Positions 51,273 through 64,000 of a stretch of 64,000 nt of DNA are shown piece by piece. Position numbers and translations under genes: made by a program. How positions within the stretch are numbered: position 1 is the first letter of the stretch; every line of letters starts with the position of its first letter. Origin of the DNA: Mizuhopecten yessoensis (taxonomy: Eukaryota); NCBI RefSeq assembly GCF_002113885.1, contig NW_018405619.1, positions 839,695-903,694 of the forward strand, in the 5' to 3' direction. Under the pieces are notes generated by a model. It was not told the origin of the DNA, did no database searches, and was given only the letters and a program-made list of their open reading frames with translations.

Positions 51273-51502
51273 ATAGGGCTATAAAGCCAATTGGATCAGT
51301 GTCATTCTAATGTTTCTCCTCCTTATCAAATAATGTGAGACAATACCGTAAGAAATTGTGGTGTTCATATATAGGGTTATAAAGCCAATTGGATCAGTGT
51401 CATTTTGAAGCTTTTTGTCCTCCTCTAATTACATGAAACTCTACGAGAATCAATTGCATAATTAAGGCTATTAAGTCAATTGGATCTGTGTCATTTTAAT
51501 GC
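51273..51502. repeat. Old repeat of about 95-98 bp with three conserved cores
   Basis: (gg)ctataaagccaattggatcagtgtcatt at about 51277, 51375 and 51467. Confidence 0.8.
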
Positions 51503-52287
51503 TTCCCTTGTCCTCCTTAGATAACTTGAAAACATTGTAGAAAGCATACATTAAGTAGATGTCGGGCTGTTCCAGAAATGTTTTTTGCAATGACAATCAA
51601 GACTCTTTAACACCGCAAACACGACAGAATTCTTATTTATTATATTTAGTTCACTTATAAATATAAATTTAGAATAATATAGATAATAATCTGTTCAGTC
51701 CCTATCTACAATCTATGATACTGTGAAAATCAAGACTGCACTCAGATTGCGAAAATTTCCACTAACTTGCAATTTATTACCTGAATGTGCTCTAGCTTTA
51801 AAACATGTTTCTCACACACAACATGATGTAACTTAACTGGTTTTCTGTTTACAGGGAGGCTTTTTTACAGAAGCGATATATATTCATATGGAAAACGTAT
51901 GCAGAACACAACATTAATCTCTACCATCTTGGTTAAGTATAACCCCTGGGGTCATTGTTTGTTATGTGGTATTTTTATCTGATGTACTTTTAACACAGCC
52001 CTGCCCATTTATAGCTTTTAACCAATCTATAATCCCAGCTTATGACCTGTACGGTATATATATATACTTCTCAGCAGTTTTTAAAATCAACAACAAAAAC
52101 AGAATTTTCCTCCTTACCTTGCATTACCCTCTTACCAACTATACAACTGATATACATGAACGATCTGTTAATATTTTCCATAAATGAATATTTTTGAAGA
52201 AGGCAGCTAACATAAGCTTGCAACAAGTAGCATGTATCTTTATTTCAAGCAAAAGCATGGAAAAAAATCCAGGCTTTTATGACTTAC

Positions 52288-52393
52288 CCTGTGTGGTATT
52301 GCCTATATACAGCCGGAAACAAATATATATGTGGAAACAGCTATTGACGTGATGTTTCTGTAGCAGTAAAGCCTTGTTAGCTTCCGCACACAT
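52288..52393 (-). CDS. Candidate alternative first coding exon C: MCAEANKALLLQKHHVNSCFHIYICFRLYIGNTTQ(D)
   Basis: ATG, in-frame TGA upstream, 35 open codons + 1 nt, donor AGG|gtaagt at 52287. Phase 1. Could be a chance match or a purely UTR exon. Confidence 0.3.
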
Positions 52394-53232
52394 TTCCGTA
52401 AAATTTCAGTCTATGATACAACCTAACTACTGAAACTAAAAACAAAACATTCTGATAATGAAACATCTTATCATCATGTACATAAACAAACTTAATCAAC
52501 TCAATAGACAATAATTTGGAAAAAAATCTTAATAAAAATTAGTCTTTTTCTAAAATTAAAATAACAGAACTTCGACTAATTGAATCATGCTACCGTAACG
52601 GTAAGTCTGCTGTTTTCAATAGTGCAACACTTGTTTAGTTATATATTGAAGTCTGAAGTTTTACGATTCTGATATTATTTGTATATACCCCACATATCAC
52701 TGACGTTACTGCTAAGTTATAAGCGTTTTAGAAGCACACACCAACTTCTGAAGTATACACAGGTAATGGTGCATGTCCACAAGTCTGACAAACACTTCAG
52801 TTATATTTACAAAATACACTTCAGTTGTCAGTAATTTCACTGTTCACTGACTAGACAGGTAATATTTCATATCATGTACATGCCATAATGTTCATTTTTG
52901 AAATTTTCTTTTTCAAACTTACACCCACAAGCCATATTAAAGTGATAAGGACTGTGAGGAACAACACATTAATAAATGACCGATTTTTCAATTTGGTAGG
53001 GTAGGGGGATTGGGAGACATTTCTATCAAACAAGGTTTGCTATACTTAGAACACTTTGGGTTGAAGAGATTTGTAGATTTTTTTGTAATTTCTCCAATTA
53101 TTTTCACTAGAAAGAAGGGACTTGTACTGTAAAACCTCAGACTGTACCCTGATAAACCTAACTTAATTAAGTTGATTCACCCAAAAAAACAAAACTATGA
53201 CAGGTATTTCAATATCATACCTGTCCTTAAAA

Positions 53233-54120
53233 TATAATTTTGTTGTTCCATCATGTAAAGGGAAAGATATCTGTACTTTTTATTTTAACGGGATCCATGA
53301 CTGGAATAGTCTGCCTGACAAAATCAAGGGTATAAAATCCATATATGCATTTAAGGCAGCAGTGAAGAAACATCTCGCTTTTAAATTTCAAAATTCATGC
53401 TGATAACACAATTATATGTGATTGTGGTGGCACAAAACAAGTAGACTTTGCTGGTAGGGGGATCCCCAACCCTAAGAAAACAAACTTTGTGTCACTGCAA
53501 TCCACGTGCTGACGACATCTGTACCGTATTATTACTTTTTATTTTTTTATTTTATTTTTTAAAATATAAATAGTTTGAAAGTCACGGTCATATTTTAAGT
53601 TGGGCTAACTATTTAAACCTGAACATATATATATGTGTGTATTTTAGATTATATAGTCATTACGGAATTACTATAGGTACTGACAATAAAGTTAATATGT
53701 TGTCATTCATTCCCTCCTGCCAAAATCTTTCCCCGTGATCAATATAACATGGACCCCATTGGAAATAAGCTTTCAAGCTTTCATGGGCTATCCTCAGGTG
53801 TATAGATCAATGTTTGTGTTGTATTAATTGTATAAATATAATTACCTATATCTTAAAATCAGTTATAAATTTTAGTTTCATATATAATATAATATTTTAA
53901 GATAATACAATATTTTATTACTGACGATAATTTAATGCATGTAGGTTCATCAATATTTCAGCGTCCGGAGAGCTTGTAGGAAGGGGATGCCTGTGATATT
54001 CTGTTTAAATTTTTTATTAATATATATGTATGTTGTACTGTAATATGTATGTCAACTGTCATGTTACATGTGATGTCTATGATCTATTTCCTGAAATAAA
54101 CATTATTATTATTATTATTA
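53233..54120 (+). mobile_element. 5'-truncated non-LTR retrotransposon (CR1/L2/Crack group): ORF2 C-terminus, 3' UTR and (ATT)n tail
   Basis: The peptide TFYFNGIHDWNSLPDKIKGIKSIYAFKAAVKKHL fits the 'F.......WN.LP..I.......FK..LK..L' ORF2 tail. Stem-loop at 53751-53793, and aataaa (54095) followed by (att)6. Confidence 0.8.
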
Positions 54121-54904
54121 AGTTTGATTTTAACACTTTATTGTTATCCTTCATCGAAGCAAGCTACATGTACTCGACACATGTCATTACTCTAGACCTC
54201 TTGGTCAGTCAGTAGTTAAATAAAAAATTATGGACAGATGGACAGAGGTGGTCTTAATACTGAACATGGGGTTTACTGCCAGTAAAATCTGTTTAACAAG
54301 GGGTAGGCTTATTGCTGAACAAAGGATTTTTACATGTAAAACCTTTTTAACAAACAGGTGGTTTTAACGCGAAAAATAGAATTTAATTACCAGCAGAATG
54401 TGTTTAACATGGGGTGGTCTTACTACTGAGCATGGGTTTATCACTGGCAAATTACGGTAAACATTTAACTGTGTATTCACGTTACTAAAGATATTGATTA
54501 TATACATTATGGAGTTGCCTTTTTAAAATTTGTTACAATTTCAATTTTATTTGCAAGCTTGTGATTTTAAACAAGATTGGATGCAAATGTATTTAATTAA
54601 ATTTCAACCTTTTAAGTTTTTCATCTCAAAAATGGCCTCCGGCATATCAATTTTCAATTTGATAAGTTTTATTATTCAGTGTTTCCTGATCTCGTACCAG
54701 GTACATTAATGCACACAGCATATGTTTAGGAAACTTAATACACAGGTGATGTTAACCTTACAGGTACATTTTTACCTGTGGGGGAGGGGATGGTTGACTT
54801 AGTGACCTTCCCAAAACATACCTGTATGCACCTCAAACAATCCAAAAAGCAATAAGCCTGTATGTACAGTCTGGGTTACCTTTACAGGTAAATCACACTC
54901 CATC

Positions 54905-55130
54905 ATCAAATCGTCAGCACGCCAGGGGCCACAGGGAGGGTGCCATTAACACCTCTGGGGCCACAGGGAAGATATCATCAGCAACTCTGGGGGCCACAGG
55001 GAGGATATCATCAGCACTTCCAGAGGCAACAGGGAGGGTATAGTTATCACCTCAGGGGGCCACAGGAAGGGTATCATCAACACCTCTGGAGGCCCCAGGG
55101 AGGATATACCATCAACACCTCAACAGTTAT
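54905..55130. repeat. 33-bp degenerate tandem repeat
   Basis: ccacaggga core at 54929, 54961, 54994, 55027, 55060 and 55093. Confidence 0.85.
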
Positions 55131-55843
55131 CAGGGAAAGTATTGTAAGCAACTGAGGGTCACATATGGCATATCATTGTCACATATAGGGGCCACAGCAA
55201 GGATAAAGATAGCACCTCTAGATCTGGGGGCCACAGGGTATGTATGAGTGCCACCAAGAGGCAGGTTGAGATATTGGCAGGGACTTTGAGGTAGAAAGGC
55301 AGTGTTGTCACCTCTGGAGCCGAAGTTGGCAAGTCAACAGGGAGATGGCGGAGTAGAAAAGGGGGAAAGATGAGGCCGGAAAGTATTTTCAAACACAGAA
55401 AATTTAAGCATATGGACTTGAAAAGAGACCACATTTCATTTGGGCTAAATACTTCCAACTGATGTTCATACAACCAGATTTCAATGTTCATACAACCAGA
55501 TTTCAATTTTTAGCAGAAAATCTAATGTATTTCGTATTCCCTCTCGAGACCTCCAGATGAAATAAACACTTGGTAATTTTTGTGTTCTCCTAGTGTCAAA
55601 TAAATCTTTACAGATTAGACATATAGGACCTAGTATGATTTTTGTTTGTTCCCCCACACAATCACTACAAAGCATGTAGTCGTTTTCTTTCATGAAACAC
55701 AGGTAAACAATGATATATCAGTCATCCTGACATCTGTGAGACAAGGGTGACCCACATCTAATTCTGACGATGTGCAAACTAGGTCAATTTTACATACTTG
55801 CAATCCCTAGCCCCATCAATATCAATACTAAATGCCTGCAGTA

Positions 55844-55934
55844 TTAACTCATTCACCCCAACATTTTTTAACTAGACTTGCCCAGTCTTTAATTTGGTAA
55901 GTTTCAAATGTGACTTGAGGGGTGAATGGGTTAA
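55844..55934 (-). mobile_element. MITE family 1, diverged copy with both TTAA
   Basis: ttaactcattcacccc...ggggtgaatgggttaa over 91 bp. Confidence 0.8.
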
Positions 55935-58900
55935 CAGTGTGATTCCAGCACTGCCTGCACTCACATTCTATGACCAAACCATAACAGTGAAAAACATCTG
56001 CATATCATATTTTTTGGAGGCTGTCACCATTATATCGGATACATTTACACTTAATGTAATTTGGCATTTATTGGTCTTCTTAAACAGATAGAGGAGAGCT
56101 TGGATGGAGTGTTGATCCATACCGAAGAATTTTTCAGGTTTTTGCAGATGTTCATCAACCAAGGGGCAAANGTTATATATTTTTAGTTATGCAATTTCAT
56201 TTTGTTACAGTAAATTCCATTACTTCTATTTGTATAAAAAGTTCACAATAACACTTTCAAGGCCATTGATTCTTACTTCATCTAGTTCTATTGATGTTTC
56301 CAAGCTCCTTACCCTACTCAAACTTTAAACTGAAAAATAAATCATTCCTTGAGTATTCTGCATTTGAGCTGAACGGGACTAAAAGTTCCCTGTCGCTTTA
56401 CGACGTTTGAAGTACCAATCATAAAAGCTCTTTGTTTACACTACCTACCCCCAGTTTGATAAATTCACTGTAAATTTACTGGTGCCGATGTTTGATGAAT
56501 TTTGTCAATAATTTTAAACGCCACATAATACATTTGATGAATTCTGTCAACACTTTCAGATATATTGACTTTTTTAAGACCGAGGAGTACCTGGTAAACC
56601 TGAGAGAAGATAATCACAGCTAACAGAGCTAGCCAAACATTGGGCACCAAGTCACACGCAATGTCATTGAAAATGAAAAACCTCATTCAATGTTTGTATA
56701 TCGAACTCAACAAGACACTCTCAATCGCCCCGGATCAAGAAACTGTATATAACTTCTCCGACAGCCATTCATACGAGCTCGGTAAATATGCAATATCGTT
56801 TGAATGAATGAAGTATAGAGACATATTACCATATCCTTAACTTAAACATGTCTAAATACCCAACACCTTGTTTGTTCAATAACAGCCAAGAGATCTGACG
56901 ATCAGTGTACGACGTGTAGGGCGAGGTCTTACAGAGACCTGTTAGTACATACAACAATATCATCAGGGTCAGTGTTGACTTTGAATCGTGTGTGAAAAGC
57001 TCCCATACAGACAAGTGTCCGACAGCATATTAAAAGTCTGGCATTGATCAAACTAATACATTATGTTGACTTATTCTTGCATTTTCTTTTTCTGCAGGTC
57101 TCTGTCATATTGCTAGGTTTTGTGTAAATATATTTTTGCAATCTTCTGGCATTTTTAAGACTTTGATTAAGCCAATACCTATTTTGCAGATTTCTGCAGA
57201 CTCAAGAAATTTTAAACAATAATTTTTAAATTTTGATTTCTGAATTGTTCTGCAAGGTTTATCCACCATGCATTGAGATAAACCCCATCCCACATTTTGA
57301 GCAGATTTTCAAGACAAAAATATCAAATCAGGAAATAATTATGGTGTTTTTTTGCAAATAAGCTAAACCTCAGAAATCAACTCAGTATATATTTACAATT
57401 CAAGCCCATTTAAAGTCCCCCAGACTTAACAAGGGTCAAACAATGCACTACATCAGTTATTACTGTGTTGCTAACACACATATCAGCGCCGTATGACAGC
57501 GTATATATTGATTCAATCTTGTCTGCGTCCTCACCAACACGCCTCCTGAATCCTGTTTCACCACTGCCTTGAGTTCCCCTCTAAGGGCAGTATTGATTTC
57601 ACCGCCACGTCTGACTCTGTATAATCCTTACATAACAAGATCAGTTTGATATATCGCCACCTAATTTTTACAGCCCCAATAACTCAGCTATAACCATCAG
57701 GTATCCACTGGTGGTCTCGTCACCTGAATTAGAGGGTAATTCTCAGGTATTTAAATATTGGTTTGTGATTATTTCCAATTATCTTAATTCTGATCACGAT
57801 GTATCAAATTGTAACTGTTATGTATCACTTTTCCTGTCCTTCCCTGTAACTATATATATTGATCAATATTTTGCCTGAACCCGACCTGCTCTATACCTTG
57901 TTTTTCAATAAGGAAATATTGATTTTTCTATCTCTGAATAGACAGAACCTTTCGTTTTGATGTAAATAACTTGGTCCTCTGAAGTGACAGCTATAATATC
58001 TTACTTCATATATTATGGGTTTTCATGACCATAATCTGTAATTTACAAATGATCCAACTTAATTAAAACTCTGACATCATAATATCGTATTTAAAAAAAT
58101 ATATATGACAATATTGATTTTCTTTTGCAGATAATGACACAAAATGTCACCATTTTCAGTCCCTCGCTGTGACAATTTTTAAGATATAAATCGCCTCATT
58201 TATTGTCTGCCCTCAAAATTACCTCCCTTGATATGATGTAACAGGCGTGTTCTGCACATGATCTGCCACAATGTCTACAAGTTCTCCCGTAACGTTGAAT
58301 ACATTAACTTCTCCATAATGATCTGGGTATCCTAATTCAAATCTCCCTTGTTGGAAATTTTACAATTTTTCCATTTTAAAGGAATATTGATCTGTATCGT
58401 GTTCTTCTCAATTATACATCAGCAGACACGTACATCGCCAGGACTCCAGACAAAATACAGATCACGTCTGTTGTCTGTTCACATTCCTTTGTTACCATTT
58501 CACATTCCTTTGTTGCTTCCCTTTGTTGGCACAAAACATGTATACAACATCACGGAGTCTAGAAGAACTCAGTTATCATAGAATCCTGGTTTCCTTCAAC
58601 TTTGCAACAGGTGCCTATACGTTCAACCAAGTATTTTATTTTTCAAGTTCTGTCAAATTTTTATATGTAATTAGAAACTGATTAAATGTTAAGCCAAATT
58701 AAATTTATTATTCGAAGAGTTCTTAAATTCTTGTATTGATCCACATCGTTAGAAGTAAATAATTATATGATATATTAACGTAGAACTCGTATTTGTGGAG
58801 CTGAGATCCATTTGCATTAAATAAAGAATTAAATCTCAAGCAATTCAAAATCAACAAGAAATATCAGATTTAAGGATTTTTTGTAATTACCCAGACAGGG

Positions 58901-59546
58901 GCAGTAATAACGTTAAATGTGGTACGTCCATACAGCTGTTACGGACAGGTAGAATGTACTTCAGCAGACTGTTATGTAAAATGATTGATATAGAAAAAAC
59001 ATCAATATTTCTTCCCTTATCAAACATGTATCAGGGACACCTGTATGTGTCCTTTGAATTTAAAATGAACAAGATTTGAATTTCATATCCTGTAAACCAT
59101 TTAAATCAAATTATATTGAAAAAAGTATGAATATAGTTATATCAGTTGTGTGTAAAGATATAAAAGCTCAAAACTATATTGAGCTCATAATTCATATATA
59201 TACAATGTATTTTTGCAATTATCTCTTCCACTGTAACATATAGCTTACATTAGAAAATGTGTGTAGAATAGTTACAATGACACTGTCTGTTTTTACGGAC
59301 AGGTATTGGATAACAAATCTCAATCTCAACCCCGGCCTTATAAAATGATTTAGTCTCAATCTGTAAAGTTAGCGACACGAACAGTCACTTGCAATACGTA
59401 TCCATGCATACTTAAGGTAGAGTCCGAGTTCTCTGTATTGTATCTCCAAGGAAAAAGAGTTCCAAATTGTTGATTATTTTTATACAACAGCAAAGAGTTG
59501 TAATGAAAGAAATATGTACTGTTAGCATAGACAAAGACTAGTTTTA

Positions 59547-59653
59547 ACAGGTTCTAGTATAGACAAGTATCAATAAGGACAGGTTCTAATATAGACAAGT
59601 ATCAATAATGACAGGTTCTAGTATAGACAAGTATCAATAATGACAGGTTCTAG
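59547..59653. repeat. 32-bp tandem repeat, about 3.3 copies
   Basis: acaggttctagtatagacaagtatcaataatg. Confidence 0.92.
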
Positions 59654-62600
59654 TTTGGATTGAACAGAGACTAGTATTTATAGAGGCCTGAGTATAATAA
59701 GTCTGATTATATTATAGGTTCTGATAATGATGGACTAGGGGATCCTGAGACTGCAGTTTTGTAAGTCAGAAAAGGAAAGCCTATTCACATTAATACAAAG
59801 GTGGACTTTTGTGTCTGGAATGCATAAAATCTAATTCCTGACAATGTTATTATTTTCTCATTAAACAAACTTCCTCACCAGAGAACCCATTATTTTGGGG
59901 GATTACAATGAACATGTGTATTGAGCTTTGGGGTATGTTAACAGATATACCTCTATACCAGGTAAATTATCTGTACCAAAGTCAGAGCCCCTGTATTGTG
60001 CATTCTTTACTGCCTTTCCCCATCATCCTTACAACATTTTATCACTTGCCCTATGTACTGCATGCAGTACTAGGATGTGGCAATACCTGGTTACAACACA
60101 AGAATTGCAAATATAATGTATCTTTATGCCTGTATGCAATTTCTGCTTCTTTCTATACCAAACGGATCAATATGTAAAATAACCGGCATGTCTAGAATAT
60201 GAAGCCATAGACACAAAATTTTGTTCGCATTAGACTAGATGAATTCGTTTAAGAATTGGAATTATTAAGCTCATGAAAATGTAGGAAATTGTCGACTGAC
60301 TCGTCATATGGTCTTAGACACCAACAGCATGAGTGTCTGGCGATGACAATGTCTTCATAAAATTACAAGTTGATATAGAAGCAATATGAAGCGTACAAAC
60401 CTGGTCCAAGGATCCGGCGCTGTAAATACGCGGACATCTCTGTCGTTAAAATCCCAGGTAAATATAAACAACCCTCTCATCCACTCTCGAGTTTCCCTAA
60501 TACACAACGCTCCGATGTTCTACCCATAAATACACTCACCATTCAATACATTCAAAGCCATTTACAGTTCGATGAACTCTGAACCTACAACCTCTGACCC
60601 TAGCATAGCTTGTGAACTTTGACCTGTGAGTTCAACATAACAAGGAAAATATTATTATTATTCATTCGTTTGAGGTGGAGATGAAGAAAAATGACTGGGG
60701 GCGTCCGGATCGTTTTGCCTTTAAATTGGGGAGAAATTCTTAATAATTAGCCTGGTGGAACAAGAAAGAATTTTGTGCGCTCAGCTGCTCAATGAAATGT
60801 ATAACAGATACTGCCTGCGTTTTCTCCAGGCACAAAGGTGGTTTTGTAACAGAAATACAATACAAGATCATTGTTGGCTTATAACAATAACGCTGAAATA
60901 TCTCTACTAGCTGTAACAAAACAATAGATTTTACCTGGTCTGTTTATATAGACAGAACAACTTCAAATTATATTCCAATCTCAAATATCAATATCAGGGA
61001 AAAATAAATATACTTAATATTGATAATTTTGATTTAAATACTAGGATAAAATTTCTTAGATTATTTAATACATGTACTGGCTTTTTGTTTACATATCGGA
61101 GGAATTTCTGCTCGGGAATCCGTCTGACAAAGGAACCCTATCCAGTCGTAGATTATTAATTAATGCCTGTTTAGTGTCAGTTTCCTTGGGTTAACACATG
61201 GTTTAAACTAAATTCCACCACAAATGACTGTGTACGCTTAACATGTCAGCATATGTGTGTCTATATGTATTAAAATAAATTAAAATTTGTTGAAAATTAA
61301 TACAGTGCAGATCCCGAGTAATATTGGTTTGTTATCAAGATGTGTCAGCTAGCAGCCATTGCACGCTTCTCTGGGTGAGCAGACGACAGCAGTTACAGGC
61401 GCAAATCATCAATATGGAAATGCATGACTCATGCATACGAGGTGTAGGAGGATTCGCCACACGTAATATTCACACTGTGTGGTATGCTGGCATGTCCAGG
61501 CCCTCATGACGAAAGATAGGAAGTGTCGAATTTAATTTCTTACGTGTTACACAATCAAACACAAGGTTCTTATTTAATCAAAAATAATATTCAAAGCCCC
61601 AGGATGGTAAAAAAAGTCTTACACTTTGTCCAAATTCTAAAAGTCAATCAAATAGATATTCCTGTTAGAAATCATCCAGTCTAAATCAGGTGAAAAAGTC
61701 TGTAAAATCACATTTTGTTATGAAAATGAAGTATTAAAAAACATCATTAACCAATGTTGAAATAAATTCAGATGCTTAATTCTGGCCAGATTGGTGACAA
61801 AGTGAAGACAAAAATAGAGAATGATTAAAAGTTACCAGTTTATTAGACTATTATAAACATCACAGATCAGGTATGATTCATGGAAAATACTGCATTGTCA
61901 TTTCTATATCCCACCCCTCCTTATCAGTCCAAATACCCCAATATCAGCTCTTTGGAGCTTTACATCTGTCTGGGAAATGATGATATGACTCTGTGAATTA
62001 ATAAAATCAGTAGACTAAATAGGAATTACCCGATAATACACTAATTTTACACTGTAATTCTAATTAAATACGAAATCACCAGTTCAAGATCTTTTCACTG
62101 ACTTTAAATATCAGGGCTTTCAATAATAGACTCTTGAGAGTATGTTTTTGACTCCCTAAAATGATTGTTTTTTCTTAAGAAGAGCTCTATTTTACATATG
62201 CATTCTATTTTACTTCTGAAATGGCTAAATGTCAAAGGTTAAATGAAAGCCTCGATTTCTGAACCAAGAAGTTGGTTAATATGGACTATTTTTTCATTTT
62301 AGTCTTAAATGAAAAATCATTTTTTATATTTTCCCGATTGACTTGGTGATTAGTGTAAAATAACATACCAGGTAATGATTCATTCATAACACAAAAATTT
62401 GAAAAAGAACAGACTATAGTTGAAGATATTTTGATAAAGTTTCCAGATTATGAAGGTTTCTAGATTATAGAGGTTTCCATATTGTACAAGTTTCCATTTT
62501 ATACAGATTAATTTAACACTGTCTGTCTGTGCCAGTTTTAGGAAAGTTTCCAAGACTATTAAGCACTATCAACTGTAGATATAAATATATTGCCGTGTAC

Positions 62601-62996
62601 TGCAGATTGTAGGTATAAATATATTGAAGTGTGCTGTCGTCTACACAGTGAAATTGCACTAACCACAACAAAGTAATTAAAACATGTAAATTTAGACTCT
62701 TCTGTCAAAACTTTTAAAAACCCCAACCTGTTTCCATCTTTAATACATTCGTAATGAATATTTGTCATGTTAAGATGACGAAATGCTGACCTTCCCATGT
62801 TTTATAACAAATTGATTTACACTTTTAAACTTTCGATGGGTAGAACTAGATATCCTGTGACATCACGCACTGATTATATGTCGGGTAAACAAGTTGTCGG
62901 AACTACAGGTGACGTTGGTTGTTCTTATATTTACCACAATACATGTACAATAAATCAACATATATGTCTATTGTGAGGTAAATTTATATCATTACA

Positions 62997-63335
62997 AAAG
63001 CGATTTAAAAATGAAAGATGACACAGAATTTCTGATTTTGCTTAATAGGATTGATATCAATAAGTTTAAACAGGAATTGTCAGGCAAGTCTACTATACCC
63101 ACTTGTGTTTTTTTAATGCAACGTCTAGGTGAGCTGAAAATTATATTAATGAAATAAATGTAATGTAATTAAAGCGATTTAAAAATGAAAGATGACACTG
63201 AATTTCCAATTTTGTTTAATAGAATTGATATCTATAAGTTTAAACAGGAATTATCAGGCAAGTCTACCTATACCTTATCCACTTGTGTTTTTTTTAATGC
63301 AATATGGCAAGGTGAGCTAAAAATATACCAATGAA
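62997..63335. repeat. Tandem duplication of about 174 bp; each copy ends near a ggtgagct(g/a)aaaa motif
   Basis: aaagcgatttaaaaatgaaagatgacac at 62997 and 63171. Confidence 0.9.
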
Positions 63336-64000
63336 ATGAACTTGGGTGTCCATATTATAGTAAGAGACTGAAAAGGCATGTAATTTATAGAGATTTATCT
63401 GAGAATAATAATTTGAACTGTCTTAACACAGTAATTCCCTACTGACAGTATCGTACAGATACTGTAACACACAATTTTCATGGGAGCTCAACTGTTTGAA
63501 AACATTAACTTCTAAATACCAGCAAGTGATTCAGTTGACGTAAATATACTTTTTGTAAAATTGACTATGAAGGGACCAATCTAGACTTGGTTCACTACCG
63601 TTTATGGGTAGTTTCCCCCATAGAAGAACATTCCCCTGTTCTTTGAAATTCCCTCTATGTGCTTCAAAATTCCCCTATTTCAACAGGAAAATAGCGGATT
63701 TTCTTCAAAATATTTCCCCTATATGATTTCTTTAAAGTTCAACAGTTAAAATGCATAATACTGCATTCTGTATATACATTTTCTTCACATAATTTAAACA
63801 AAACATCTACAATTTTAAGCTTGAAGTTGTTTATAAATTGAAATATACTACACACATGTACATTGTATGTTCGACAAAACATTTATCTTTTACTTTCATG
63901 ACGCTTAAAAACCTTGTATCAAAATTTTAATTTCCCCCAAATCTGAAAAAGGGTAGATTCCCCTCAAAACCTAGACTGATCCCTGATATGATAAGTACTT

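Noticed and set aside
54940-55155. Prion-like peptide repeat (WGPQGGYHQ)
   Set aside because: Translation of a degenerate 33-bp tandem repeat, with a GTG start and no supporting splice sites or partner exons.

Overview
AT-rich, intron- and repeat-rich animal DNA. The repeat families suggest a bivalve mollusc (inference). The window holds the 5' half of one large minus-strand gene, a supervillin (SVIL) orthologue. Seven internal coding exons (28003-27909, 25752-25606, 24519-22931, 18414-18229, 15307-15092, 12049-11354, 700-577; 3053 nt) have GT-AG boundaries and join in one uninterrupted frame. They encode the disordered N-terminal region with the supervillin 'LS[V/L]xxKxxLF ... RxxTQPVT' modules. 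The gelsolin repeats and headpiece should lie beyond the left edge. The first shared exon needs a phase-1 upstream partner, and three (possibly four) short ATG-initiated phase-1 exons are found at 32.2, 39.8, 52.4 (and 48.6) kb, suggesting alternative N-termini. The introns contain about 10 copies of a 90-bp TTAA-flanked hairpin MITE, a TTAA element carrying a tRNA-like insert, a V-domain SINE, Helentron-type non-autonomous elements, a 5'-truncated LINE and many minisatellites. One minisatellite has an inverted-triplication structure with fold-back junctions. There is one assembly gap (7984-8160). I see no prokaryote-type system such as CRISPR or an operon, and most short ORFs in the track are spurious.
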